A DNA stretch of 64,000 nt, taken from assembly GCA_951406725.2 (NCBI GenBank), contig OX597825.1:28458001-28522000 (forward strand), given 5' to 3'. Position 1 is the stretch's first letter; each line of letters begins with the position of its first letter. Made by a program: the position numbers and the translations under genes. This document shows, one piece after another, positions 40,496 through 52,779 of this stretch. The notes beneath the pieces were generated by a model. That model made no database searches, had not been told where the DNA came from, and saw only the letters and a program-made list of their open reading frames with translations. Source of the DNA: Octopus vulgaris. Taxonomy: Eukaryota.

Positions 40496-41877
40496 TCTTT
40501 GTTATAGGTCTTTTCTTTCGTTGGTTTTGCTAGTCAATAATTTCGGTGGATTCTCTTCTTATCTATGTGATGGAGGAAAGATTATTTTGAAAGTGAAGGC
40601 TGTTTGAATTTTGTGAAATTTTGTGATAGTTTGATATGCATAATCCCGTATGTGTGGCCGCTAGTTTTAAACTGAGAGTTTTTAACAAAGAGTTTTACGC
40701 AGACAAATATAAGTGAAAAGTCAAAAGTGTGCGTAAATCGTGAGTGCTCAATGAATTTAATAAAATCGCAGGATGCATGTGTACATGCGTATATATTTAG
40801 TAAAATCACAGGAGAAATTTACACCGCACTCGCAAAAAATGATTTGTTTTCCCACAGGTTATCGCAGGCACCATGGGGTCAAAATTAATCTTGTGTTGAT
40901 TTCATATCGCAGCTTTCGCAAGAATTAGGAATTAAAAATGAGAAATGTTTGAGTTGAGCTGATTTCTGTTTCTTCGTCTACATACCAAGCAGAGCAAGGA
41001 GAAAAATACGTCCAGTTGCCACGGCTGCCTAAAAGAGACAATTTCTTCAATTTATCTTCAATTTTCCGTGAGTATTTCAGTGATTTCTCTGATTATTCGA
41101 ATATAAACACACCTCTTCTATAATAAGAACACTTTCAAACGTCGACAGATATCTGAGTCAAGCAACTTCAAAACAAGGAACTCTTGCGAGTACATAACCT
41201 CTTAATTTCTTCTAGATGTCCGATCACGCAAGCATTCTCCTTTCATAGAAAATGAAAATGAATATATACAACTTTCTGAATAACTGAGGCGCCTTGAAAT
41301 CACATAGTCCAAAACATCTTCCAGAACCAATAACAAACGCAGAAGATAAGCGATTGTCATTTTAACAAACTGCTCCGCCTCAAAAACTGTAAAGATCGTT
41401 ATAACTTTATTTGCTACAGGAAAATATAATGTCACCGATAATTGAAACAGAACAAAGTAAAACTTCTCAAAATCTATAATCACTCTCACTAACCATAGTA
41501 GCAGTAACTATTACTGCTCTAATATATTTTGACCTTTCCTGGCCACATGGGTGCTGGCACTTGTTTGCTTGTTCCCTACCTACAGCTGTTGGGTCTATAA
41601 TAATAAAGAGTAAAATTAATTAATTAATTAATAATTTTACCAAGTAGTTCGGTATGTTAAAAGGACCATTATCGGTAAATTTATACATAAAATTATTATT
41701 ATTATGAGTATAATTATAATTAGGGTTCAGCAAAAATTTGCTTCACCACATACCGAAATTTAGAAATAGCAGTTAAAACTAACTATTTCACTACTATAAG
41801 AAAATCTCCCAGACAGCAATACTCAACAACCCACGCAGGTAAAGAGAAAAAATACCGAATCTATCCGGCTTTGATTA

Positions 41878-41960
41878 ACTGTGTACGCGTTTCGGAGTTA
41901 GAGAGATGTGAAAAATGCAAAATCATATTTCCACTCTATCATTCTCCTCTTCAACACAGT
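41878..41960 (-). ncRNA. Type I hammerhead ribozyme motif (Penelope/retrozyme-like)
   Basis: Minus strand reads ACUGUG-UUGAAGA-GGAG..CUCC-GAA-ACGCGU-A-CACAGU. Confidence 0.72.
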
Positions 41961-42689
41961 GGTCAATATACAGACAAATGATATCTAGATGTATGTCGGC
42001 CAACCTGACTTTCTTTCTTTCTCTCACAAAGTTAAGCCAATCTCTAACATCGACAATAAAAACAACAACATAACTTTACACACATAGTGACAGCAGCAAG
42101 CTTCTGAAGTTAGCTCAAAGTCAACAACAACAACAACAGAGAAGGCGCAATAGCCCAGTGGTTAGGGCAGCGGACTCGCGGTTTCGATTCCCAGACCGGG
42201 CGTAGTGTATGATTATTGAGCGGAAACAGTTAAAGCTCTACGAGGCTCCGGCAGGGGTGGTGGTGATCCCTGTTGTACTCTTTCGCCCCAACTTTCTCTC
42301 ACTCATCACCAACAATCATAATAATCCTGAAATTTTGAGAGACAAATCCTGAAATTTTGAGGGAAAAGGACCAGTCGAATTACATCGAACCCAGCACATG
42401 ACTGATACTATATTTATCGACCTCGAAAAGACGAAAGGCAAAGTCGATTTCGGCGGAAATTGAACTCAGATCTTGATGACGGACGAAATAACCATTTCTT
42501 TACTACCCACAAGGGGCTAAAACACAGAGGGGACAAACAAGGACAGACAAACGGATCAAGTAGATTACATCGACCCCAGTGCGTAACTGGTACTTAATTT
42601 ATAGACCCTGAAAGGATGAAAGGTAAAGTCCACCTCGACGGAATTTGAACTCAGAATGTAACGGCAGACGAAATACCTATTTCTTTACT

Positions 42690-42800
42690 ACCCACACATA
42701 CACAAACAGACACACACACAAACACACATATATAGACAAAGACACACACACAGAAACACACATACACAAACACATACACATACACATACATAAACACACA

Positions 42801-42836
<36 letters not shown>

Positions 42837-42900
42837 AACACACAAACACAAAAACACACAAACATACACAAGCATACGCCCACATACACACACACATACA

Positions 42901-42943
<43 letters not shown>

Positions 42944-43048
42944 ACATGCAAACACACACAAACACAAATACACACACACATACACAAGCATACACCCACA
43001 AACACACATACACAAACACACACAGACACAAACACACAAACACACACA
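42690..43048. repeat. (CA)n-derived microsatellite
   Basis: Direct reading. Confidence 0.95.
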
Positions 43049-43698
43049 TTAACATATACCGATATTGAAATTAATATTCATAACGTAAAGTGCTCGGCGT
43101 TATATGAACCTATGGCAGTCGTGGTTATTTTAAAGTGAAAAACATTTGAAAAATAGTTTATGTTGCTCTCAAAATCATTAGATGAATTGTCAACGATGTC
43201 AGTAGATAATTTTCCGTTAGTATTTTCTTGAATCTTTTAGAATTTTCGGATTATAATGGTGATCTTTCTCATGAATGTGGGTGAACGTCCAAAAGCTTGG
43301 ATTTTCATGGATATCAAAATTATATAAGTAATTTTTACTTTAAAAGGAGGCTTGTCCCATTGTTTTTAAGTGCCAGTGTAAAAACAAAAAAAAAAAAAAA
43401 AAAAAGAAATTGAAAATTCCGTCTTAAAGGCCCCAAGGATATAGTGGCGGGGTGGGATTAAAAAATCAGAGATTTTCATAATTGTTTTTTCATAAAATCC
43501 TTCCCTTTATCATTTTGAAGTGACTGGTGAAGATATAATTTGAAAATCCCTGTGAAAACGGAGATAATCCAAGTGTGAGCGACCTATTCCAGACCTCAGT
43601 TTTTTAATCTTCCTTAAAATATACTTCACTTAAGGCTGTCGCGCAGTTTCATCTTTTTTTTTTTTTTTGTCTGTAAACTGCAACTTATACAGAAGTAT

Positions 43699-44116
43699 CG
43701 GATCTTTTCGGTTTGAACGGCAGTTTTTAACATAATTTCTAGGTAACTAAAAAAATTTAAACTTCGTATACTGGTAGAATGTGTTTATAAAACATCTTTT
43801 TCTCTTGGCTTTATTGAGAAAATTTCATAGTTTGTAAGATATTTGGTCTTTAATTTCTTGCATTTCGGCAATTTCAACCAATCAATGACAGTCTATTGAG
43901 GTGAAAACATTCTGTGCCATATGAATATGTCCCTCGTTTAAGAAACAGATTGGGTTTATTTACATTTGTGAAGAAAAAAAGGATACCCTTCCCCAACCCT
44001 AACCCTAACGCTAAAACAGATTGAAATGCAATAGGTCGATCCTAGGGTCATAATTATGGGTGACAATTTCATATGACACCGCTAGAAAAAACTGCCGTTC
44101 AAACCGAAAAGATCCG
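43699..44116. mobile_element. CGGATC-family MITE (30-bp TIR, TSD AAGTAT) upstream of B1; duplicated at ~58187-58606
   Basis: CGGATCTTTTCGGTTTGAACGGCAGTTTTT and its exact reverse complement; AAGTAT at 43693-43698 and 44117-44122. Confidence 0.9.
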
Positions 44117-45110
44117 AAGTATCTACTTTTCACTATTATTCGTTCATACGCTATTGTTTATTTACTATTGATTCACGAAATTATCTCAGATTCCCGATGT
44201 TATATAACGCAATTAAAAACAGCTCCGTATGAGAAGGGGAGGTAATCCCAAGAATGAAGAAATTTCCAGAGATGACAAACGATTAAGGGAAAGAAATGGC
44301 ATACCAGAACAACAGGTAGATGTTTGTTTATACGTATTTATATATGCGTCGTTTGTTTAAAATTCGTATAAAATTCTATTATATAATAATGGTATTTGGC
44401 ACAATTTCGATTATAGAGAAAAATGTAAATTTTTACAATCACACACTTGTCTCAGTTTCGAGGTGTCATTTACTAATAGAATTAAAGATTTCCAAAGCTT
44501 TTCGTGATCTGATTTCTTCAAAACACATCTAAAAACCATATCAAAAACATTTTCATCTTTAAAATGTAACGGGTGTAACAGTAAAAATTACATATGGAAA
44601 ACATGTCAGAATGCAATCAGGTAAAGCAGATCTACAATGGTATTAAATTATTCACTTACAAAATTTTCAGGTGTATCCACACGCTTGGAACCGACATGGA
44701 AACATCTTGCGACACATGTTGGGAATATCCTCTTCATTTTCATTTGACTAAAATTTTCTTGTGACAAAATCTGTTCATCTGAATTAATCAATAAATATAT
44801 TAAGTATGTGAGCGCATGTGTGTGTGACTTCATACGTGTGTATGTATGTCTCAAGTATGTATGTATATATGTATACACGCACGCGCACACACACACAAAC
44901 ACACACAGATACTTGCGCGTGCACGCACGCACACGTCGCACACAGCCACACACACACTCACGCACACATATATACGATTATGTGTATGTTTGTGATTACG
45001 TATGCGTATGTGAGTGCAGGATTGTGTGTTATTGTGTGTGTGACTACAAATGTGTACATGTACGTGTGTATGTGGTGTGTGTGTGTATGTGTGAATGCGT
45101 ATGTGGTTTA

Positions 45111-45147
<37 letters not shown>

Positions 45148-45487
45148 CTTGTTTCTTCTTTTGTGCATATAGATGAGATAAATATTCACGAAGAACCTTT
45201 CTTAATTTTTTCTTTTATCAGAGACGCTACTCTAAAACAATTTCATATGGAATTCAAATTATGAAAGAAGAAAATTAAAAAAATAATAAACGCTTATTAT
45301 CAGATCAAAAGTGAGTGTTTAACATATGAAGTTGCGTTTAAGAAAGACGTTGATAGATTTTTTGTTATTAGATTTATTTGTTTAATTGCACAGGCGCTCT
45401 GGCTAGCATTTAGTTTTTCATGTTGAAATAGAAAAATTACAATGCTTTTAAACGACAAATGATTATTCATGAAATATCCGATGAACT

Positions 45488-48400
45488 ATGACAATTGCAT
45501 GCCTCATTCTTATCTCTACTTGGATGTTTGTGACAGGACAATTGGAATTATCATTTCTACAATTTCACGAACCTCCCGCAATTATACCCGATGATCCTTC
45601 AAAGTTATACTATTCAGTGCCACTCAATCAAATGATCAGCAAACCGATCATTGTCGTTGCCGTTTATTCAAACGGGACACCTTTTTCTGAGGGAGAAGTC
45701 AATACGACGGCTACAATAGACAGCTATGCTGTTTCGCCATCTGGCGAGATTAATAACAAAGATACTTGGGCAGACAGTGGCGGCCAACTGTGTCAGAAAT
45801 CAGCATGGTGGTTGAATTATCCGGAGCGATATAACAGACATCTTGCGAAAACTCGTTGTCATACACCGCATTCTTCCATTCTAATGAAATCACGAATTTT
45901 TAATGGAAAACTCATATTTGATTGGATTTACCATAAACATACCATTGTACCTCCATCCATGCGAATGTTCAGGATCGAAATACCAGATTATAAAATATAC
46001 GTCGACTCTTTCCCAATATTTGTAACCAAACCTGCACACCGGTTAGTTGTAACGAAACCACCACCTGTAACAGTAATGGCTAATCACGATTTTGATGTTG
46101 AGGTTGAAATAAGAGATGAAGAAGGAAATACTCTCATAAATGGTCTTGATTCGGTAGCAATTGTGGAAATGACAATTCCTTACAATTATAAACGTTTCTA
46201 TGCTGACCCAGAGAGAGAAATGATGATTGATTACACTAAAATTCGAATGGATGGAGAGGATGTAATAATTGATTTTAAAACACGAGATATAATAATGCGT
46301 CAACAAGCAAATTATGGTAAGGCAAAATTTACTGGAGTTCGAATTTTAGACGTTACAGAAAATTTGCAACTAAATATTACTTTAACCATGGCAAGAGACC
46401 CATGGAGCAGAATTCCTGCTTGCTCAGAATGTTTCCTTGACATCGAACGTGCAAGACAGTTGTCCAGTGACAGAAAGTTTATTACTTTCCAACGATTAAC
46501 AACTGAGGAAGAGGAAAAGATTCTACCTGTTGTCTTCACGAATAATTTCTCAGTACATTATCAAATTCTGAATAAAGTTGATATGGACACCTCATCAAAA
46601 AGTATGTATTCTAAACTTAAAACTAATGAAAATGTTGTAGAGGTGCCTATTAGTTGTCCTCTACTTAACGGCTTAAGTATTTTTGCAATGGATATGAAAG
46701 AACGTCGGATCTATTCAGGTCCTCACTCCACATTACGCCTAAATATTAATACAATCCCAAAAGATATATGTTTGTCAAAGGACTACACTAGGAATATGTC
46801 AGAAGGAAAAGCGCTCGTATTTGTATCTATATGTGAGGTAGTCAACTCCGTCAAACTGATAATAACTTACGATGGTCCACCTACTGTTACTTACAGAACT
46901 CCAGCTTTTCGTATAATAGGAAACATTACAATTGGACATTTTGGTGACCTTCGATTTAGTGGTGATGGAAAGGAAATTGACTCACATATCAATTCTTTTA
47001 TACGATTCGCAATCAATGATGTTAATAATGGTATTATTGTCCCAGAATTAAGAAAGAAAGGATTGAAATTATATTTGAAGTCGTATAATATTCCAAACGA
47101 AAAATCTGCAACCTATAGAAAACTTGGGGATTTGGAAACTATTTCAACTAATATTCATTTGGTTATAAGTTCCATTCCAGGAAATGTTGCTAATGTTCTT
47201 AGTCCGTTCATAGTGAAGTTAAGGATACCTTTTATTTCGACGATCGATTCTACTAGAGAATACATCGATAAAGATATATACCCATTGTATAATAGTATAA
47301 GTTGGTCAGAGGAGGCGTTCTATAATTCAGTGTTTCAATGTGCTAAAGATAGGTTTTGGACTGACGTTGTAATCCTTCGATATCACGATATTAATTTAAC
47401 TGGTTTATTCTATTCTGTGGCTATCAAATACAAAATTAACTTACGCAATGAATTTGTCTTTGGGGCAGTAAAAGATTTAAAACTGAAGAACTTGTATGAC
47501 AGGAAGCTGAAATTATCGTTGGAAGCAGTGAAAAGAACTAACTTGAAAATAATCTTTCTGTTTGCTCCATTCCATATACAGCCAATCGTCTTTCGAGAAG
47601 CCTATCTTATGAACCTTTCTTCTCTGCATGGATTCCAATGGGTTTTAATGAAAAAATACGCGCGAGAGTTTCCATTTGAGAACCATTCGGTTTGTAACAA
47701 AAAATTAGAATGCACATTAGCTTTTACTGGAACCTACCTCTTTGATTCGACCTACAATGTATCGGGTTACCAAACAGATAGTTGGAAACGAGTTCTTAAT
47801 TATTATTTTAAAGAAGACCGTGTACTTTACAAAGGTGGAAGAGTTCGTTATAGATCCTTTGAAATAGGAGCGTTAATGGGATTGGGTTATGACGCCGTGC
47901 ACCTTTACGCTAAAGCGTTAGCCATACTTCTCAATAAACAACTAACACTTAACGGTGCGAAGGTTAATTGGCTCATGCGCAAGATAACTATACATGGACT
48001 AACAGATAAAGTATCTTTAAATGCATACGGTGATAGAATTGGTTATTTCGGTTATCTGGCCCAAGTTAACCCAATCCCACGTTGGCCATATTTGCCGAAA
48101 TCTAAAGTTATAACTTACGTAAAGTGTATTAAGAGATCGGAAGACGGTATTCAATTAGAAATACCTTATGAATCGAAAATACTTCCTCACAATAAAACTG
48201 CGGCACTGGTAGCATTTCCTGTCGGTAAGGTACATAACACTAGACAATACATATCTTTATCGGGGATGGTTAGTCTCAATACACAAAAAATGATGCCAAT
48301 AGAGGGTGAAGATTGGCCGCCAACCATTTTTATTCGGACAGAAAGTATAGTTCCACCATATTATTGCGTTCATGCGTGTGGTGAAAAGTTAAAAGACCCC

Positions 48401-50533
48401 GGTAATATCAATGTTTTTGATGGAGGAATATGTCGTCCAGATGACAAATGCGAATGCTTTGAAGGATTCGAAGGGAGGCATTGTCACACTGTTCAGTGCC
48501 ATTGTGCACACGGCCGTTGCAATAATGAAGGTTCTTGCATATGTAATCCTGGTTATACGGGTCCCTCTTGTGGAGCAGCAATTTGTGAGGATTGTAATTT
48601 TGGTGTATGTGTAAAACCAGGAGTATGTGAATGCACTACTATAGTACATTTCGGTGAAAATTGTGCTATTCATATTTCATCCATCATTGTTCCAATATTA
48701 TTTGCAGCAATTCTTCTCATTAGTATATCTTATGTCGTGGCAGGAATAACTAGCTCGAAGACGAAAAGTATAATCTATCAAGACTGGATGATTGATTGGG
48801 ACAACGTTACTGTACCTGAAAAATTAGGTATGGTAGGAGAATCCAAGGGAATAATTAACAAAACGGTTGCAGCTTATAGATGGGACAATGAGAACTGGTA
48901 TGTGAAAAAGATTAATAGTAAGACAATTCCTCCTGATGATAAAAAGATTATTTCAGACATGGTCAAGTTAACTAAAACTAGACATTATAATCTGATTCGA
49001 TACGGTGGATGCTGTTTGACTTATCCTAACGTCAGTTTGTTCATGGAAATTGCTGACAAGGGGAGTATAGCGGATGTACTTGCCAATGAAACATTTGAGA
49101 TCGGATGGGAATTTGGATTTTCATTTTTAAAAGATATATGTTGCGGAATGGAATATTTGCACGACAAATCTGAAATCAAAAGCCATGGACGTCTGAAATC
49201 TTCCAACTGCTTGGTTGATAAGCGCTGGACTGTACGTCTGTCAGGATTTGGTGCACCGTCTCTTCGTTATGGCAGCTACAGAATCCCAGAGTCTGAAGAA
49301 ATGTCTGATTTAAAAGATCTTTTTTGGACCGCACCCGAACTACTGAGGGATGACACAAATCTCGATGGAGTAAAGTCGGGCACACCGCAAGGAGATGTCT
49401 ATTCATTTGCTATCATTGCGTGTGAAATTGTGACGAAGGCAAAACCATACCATTACGAACTGAAACATTTAAGTGAAAAAAGCATTTTAGATCTCATTAA
49501 AGATTCACACTCACGGGCCAATGAAGATATACGACGTGTATGGGAGAGTATTGGTGGAGGTAAAATGATTTTTACAAGACCAATTTTAAGTGAAGATTTA
49601 TTACCAAACAGTAATCTATCTAAGAAGCTGTTTAAAAAAATGCTCGAAGAGTCTTGGAATGAGAAGGAATCTTCACGACCGACTTTTAATAAGCTTAGCA
49701 TCATTCTAAATCAAATGTACCCCATAAAAGGAGAACTTATAGATAAATTAATCCACCTCTTGGAAACTTATTCCAATAATTTAGAAATGGTTGTAATAGA
49801 AAGAACCAGAGAACTAGAAGAAAAAAAAGCTAAAGCTGAGCAGCTATTGGGCCAGATGTTGCCCCCGAAAGTAGCTTGTGAACTGAAACAAGTTGGTGAA
49901 GTGATACCGGAATTATTCGAAAATGCCACGGTATTCTTCAGTGATATCGTGAATTTTGGCCGAATATGTAAAGAAAGTAAACCAATGGAAATCGTTGATT
50001 TTTTAAATGAAGTTTATAAATTATTTGACTCAGTGGTGGACGGCTATGATGTTTATAAAGTGGAATCCATCAGCGATTCCTACATGGTAGTTAGTGGTAT
50101 TCCAGAAAAGAATGGTGATCGCCATGCAGGAGAAATTGCAACAATGGCTTTAGATCTGATGTCATATGTTACTCTACTCCATGTTCCCAACACGGAAAGT
50201 AATGTGCTACAATTACGAATTGGAATGCATTCCGGCCCGGTAGTAAGTGGCGTGGTGGGGAAACTATTGCCTAGATTTTGTCTATTCGGAGACACCGTCA
50301 ACACAGCTTCCAGAATGCAGTCTAGTTCTTATACCTTACACATTCAAGTGAGCGAGAATACTGCAGCAATTCTTGATTCTTTAGGCGGTTATAAATTAGA
50401 ATGTAGAGGGGAAAGAGAAGTAAGAGGTCGCGGATTAATGACAACGTACTGGCTGTGGGGTAAGGACACATTTATGAAAGAATTCCCTGATATATCCCTG
50501 GGAGTCCCTCTCTCACAACACAAATTCAAATAA
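45488..50533 (+). CDS. Intronless receptor guanylyl cyclase paralog B1 (1681 aa), same architecture as A2
   Basis: Single ORF with signal peptide MTIACLILISTWMFVTG, FAINDVNN, GYDAV, 3 EGF repeats, TM, HGRLKSSNC, FSDI, YKVESISD and PRFCLFGDTVNTASRM. AATAAA overlaps the stop (50529-50534). Confidence 0.95.
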   Translation: MTIACLILISTWMFVTGQLELSFLQFHEPPAIIPDDPSKLYYSVPLNQMISKPIIVVAVYSNGTPFSEGEVNTTATIDSYAVSPSGEINNKDTWADSGGQLCQKSAWWLNYPERYNRHLAKTRCHTPHSSILMKSRIFNGKLIFDWIYHKHTIVPPSMRMFRIEIPDYKIYVDSFPIFVTKPAHRLVVTKPPPVTVMANHDFDVEVEIRDEEGNTLINGLDSVAIVEMTIPYNYKRFYADPEREMMIDYTKIRMDGEDVIIDFKTRDIIMRQQANYGKAKFTGVRILDVTENLQLNITLTMARDPWSRIPACSECFLDIERARQLSSDRKFITFQRLTTEEEEKILPVVFTNNFSVHYQILNKVDMDTSSKSMYSKLKTNENVVEVPISCPLLNGLSIFAMDMKERRIYSGPHSTLRLNINTIPKDICLSKDYTRNMSEGKALVFVSICEVVNSVKLIITYDGPPTVTYRTPAFRIIGNITIGHFGDLRFSGDGKEIDSHINSFIRFAINDVNNGIIVPELRKKGLKLYLKSYNIPNEKSATYRKLGDLETISTNIHLVISSIPGNVANVLSPFIVKLRIPFISTIDSTREYIDKDIYPLYNSISWSEEAFYNSVFQCAKDRFWTDVVILRYHDINLTGLFYSVAIKYKINLRNEFVFGAVKDLKLKNLYDRKLKLSLEAVKRTNLKIIFLFAPFHIQPIVFREAYLMNLSSLHGFQWVLMKKYAREFPFENHSVCNKKLECTLAFTGTYLFDSTYNVSGYQTDSWKRVLNYYFKEDRVLYKGGRVRYRSFEIGALMGLGYDAVHLYAKALAILLNKQLTLNGAKVNWLMRKITIHGLTDKVSLNAYGDRIGYFGYLAQVNPIPRWPYLPKSKVITYVKCIKRSEDGIQLEIPYESKILPHNKTAALVAFPVGKVHNTRQYISLSGMVSLNTQKMMPIEGEDWPPTIFIRTESIVPPYYCVHACGEKLKDPGNINVFDGGICRPDDKCECFEGFEGRHCHTVQCHCAHGRCNNEGSCICNPGYTGPSCGAAICEDCNFGVCVKPGVCECTTIVHFGENCAIHISSIIVPILFAAILLISISYVVAGITSSKTKSIIYQDWMIDWDNVTVPEKLGMVGESKGIINKTVAAYRWDNENWYVKKINSKTIPPDDKKIISDMVKLTKTRHYNLIRYGGCCLTYPNVSLFMEIADKGSIADVLANETFEIGWEFGFSFLKDICCGMEYLHDKSEIKSHGRLKSSNCLVDKRWTVRLSGFGAPSLRYGSYRIPESEEMSDLKDLFWTAPELLRDDTNLDGVKSGTPQGDVYSFAIIACEIVTKAKPYHYELKHLSEKSILDLIKDSHSRANEDIRRVWESIGGGKMIFTRPILSEDLLPNSNLSKKLFKKMLEESWNEKESSRPTFNKLSIILNQMYPIKGELIDKLIHLLETYSNNLEMVVIERTRELEEKKAKAEQLLGQMLPPKVACELKQVGEVIPELFENATVFFSDIVNFGRICKESKPMEIVDFLNEVYKLFDSVVDGYDVYKVESISDSYMVVSGIPEKNGDRHAGEIATMALDLMSYVTLLHVPNTESNVLQLRIGMHSGPVVSGVVGKLLPRFCLFGDTVNTASRMQSSSYTLHIQVSENTAAILDSLGGYKLECRGEREVRGRGLMTTYWLWGKDTFMKEFPDISLGVPLSQHKFK

Positions 50534-51507
50534 AGCCTCCAGTGCATAAATTTATCTATAAAACACCATACATATTGTAGTATGTGTTTATGTATGTATG
50601 TATGTATGTATGTATGTATGTATGTATGCATGTATGTATGTATGTACGCATGTATGTATGCATGCATGCATGTATGTATGTGTGTGTGTATGTGTGTGTT
50701 TCTCCTAGTTTTTAATCATTAGAAATCTTCCACTGAGGATGGAGCCGGTTTCCAACAAAGATACAAGGCTCCACCTGTGGGATGTAGTTAACACAGACAA
50801 ATTCACAATTGGAACTTGAGAAAATTCTTGCATATATTTACTGTTCCACCCACAGATTGTACCTGTAATGAACGAATATGCCGGCCAATTTCTCTTTCTG
50901 AAAATCCCAGTTTATCCTGATTCTCACTAAAGCATTTACTGACAAAACCTAATGCTCTAATTAGTATTTGTATGAATATGAATTCATAGTCTGGATATAG
51001 AAGCTGCAGGTTTCGAAGTGGTTGTCCATAGATATTTTCTTTTTCTTTGATTTTCTATGAGTTATTTATATCTACAGAGCAGCTGACCTCTATGATGGTA
51101 CATATCTTTGTCCGTTGTCCCAAACAACAATATCCAGTCTGTTATGTTTACATTTGACAGAAACTTTAATGGGAATATTCCGCTACTATCCCTTGAGTTG
51201 GTGTTTAGCAATGTATTTCATAACACGGATTTTTAAGGGTTATTTCAGGATACACTTTATTGCGGATGGCATTCTGAACAGTTTTAGCTACATCATGACG
51301 CATAGGGAGTTAGTACCGTGGCGACTTTTTAAGATAGCAGCTAATCACATGCGGGATGACTTCCATGCGTGTATGTATGTATGTATGTATGTATGTATGT
51401 ATGTATGTATGTATGTATGTATGTATGTGTGTGTGTATGTATGTATGTATGTGTATATGTATATATGTTTGTGCATGTATGTATGTATGTATGTATGTAC
51501 GTATGTA

Positions 51508-51538
<31 letters not shown>

Positions 51539-51927
51539 ATATGTATATATTTTTGTGCATGTATGTATGTATGTGTATATGTATATATGTGTGTGCATGC
51601 ATGTATGTATGTATGTTTGTATGTATGTATATTGTGAAGTTGCGTGGCTTAGCGGTTACGATCAGAAAGTTATGACTCCGAACCCCGGCAGCGCGTTGTG
51701 ACCTTTAGCAAGATTAATTCACGTTGCTCCTCTCACCAAACAAAAATGAAATGTACCTGTTATTCAAATGGGAGCAGCCTTTCCACATTCTATGTCACAC
51801 TAGATCTTCCTCAGAATTAAATTCCGGTTACACGTGCCTGTGGAACTTGTACTTTAATTTCACGGGTAGGCTGTTCCATCTATCGTATCGACTGGTACGC
51901 TGGTCGTCGTAGCCGACGGAAAGGTAT

Positions 51928-52030
<103 letters not shown>

Positions 52031-52779
52031 GGGAGTATAACTCCAAATAATAGGGAGTATAACACACGCACACACACACACTTGCACACACACAAATACA
52101 TACATACATACATACACACATTTTCACTCACGAAATCTGAACTTTACAACAGAAAAAAGAGAAGGTGCTGTTTTTTTTCTTAAAACATACTGTATTCATA
52201 TATTATTCGCATATAAATGTTAAAAAACATTCAGCCCATCTTCACTACAAAATTAAATTGAAATTGGTAACAATTGGAATCAATTCCACCATTCTACAAG
52301 ATTTCATCTGATTTTTAAAATTGTTTCTAATTTTGAAAATTCCTCATGAAACTGTTTTGTTCACATTTTGTTTTTAATTCAACTTTACATACTTACATGT
52401 ATAATAGAAAATTTGTTTCAATAAAAAGAAATGTGGCTATATTTGATGTTTTATTGAAAACTTTTATTATTCACTTTTCACTTGTAATAAAATTCATTTG
52501 GTTATTCCATTTATCATAACTTTGATAGATTTCGGCCAGTATAGACCCAGGACATGTCTAATTTAATAACACCACCTGGTGAAATCTTTTAGTGATATAT
52601 TGGGCACCATGGCCCACTTTATCAAAGAGTTATTATTGTTGGAGACATATCTGGGTGTAGAAATTTTTGAAGAAATTTGTCCAGTGAACTTTTGAATTTC
52701 ATGAAACCCGTTTCCGTTTTGATTTAATTTGATATTAAAAGACTGGACCGGTTGAGGTAAAGTAGCTGTGGCATAGTGT

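Noticed and set aside
43995-44010. CCCTAACCCTAA telomere-like motif (also near 58488)
   Set aside because: Only two units, inside a MITE; not an interstitial telomere array.
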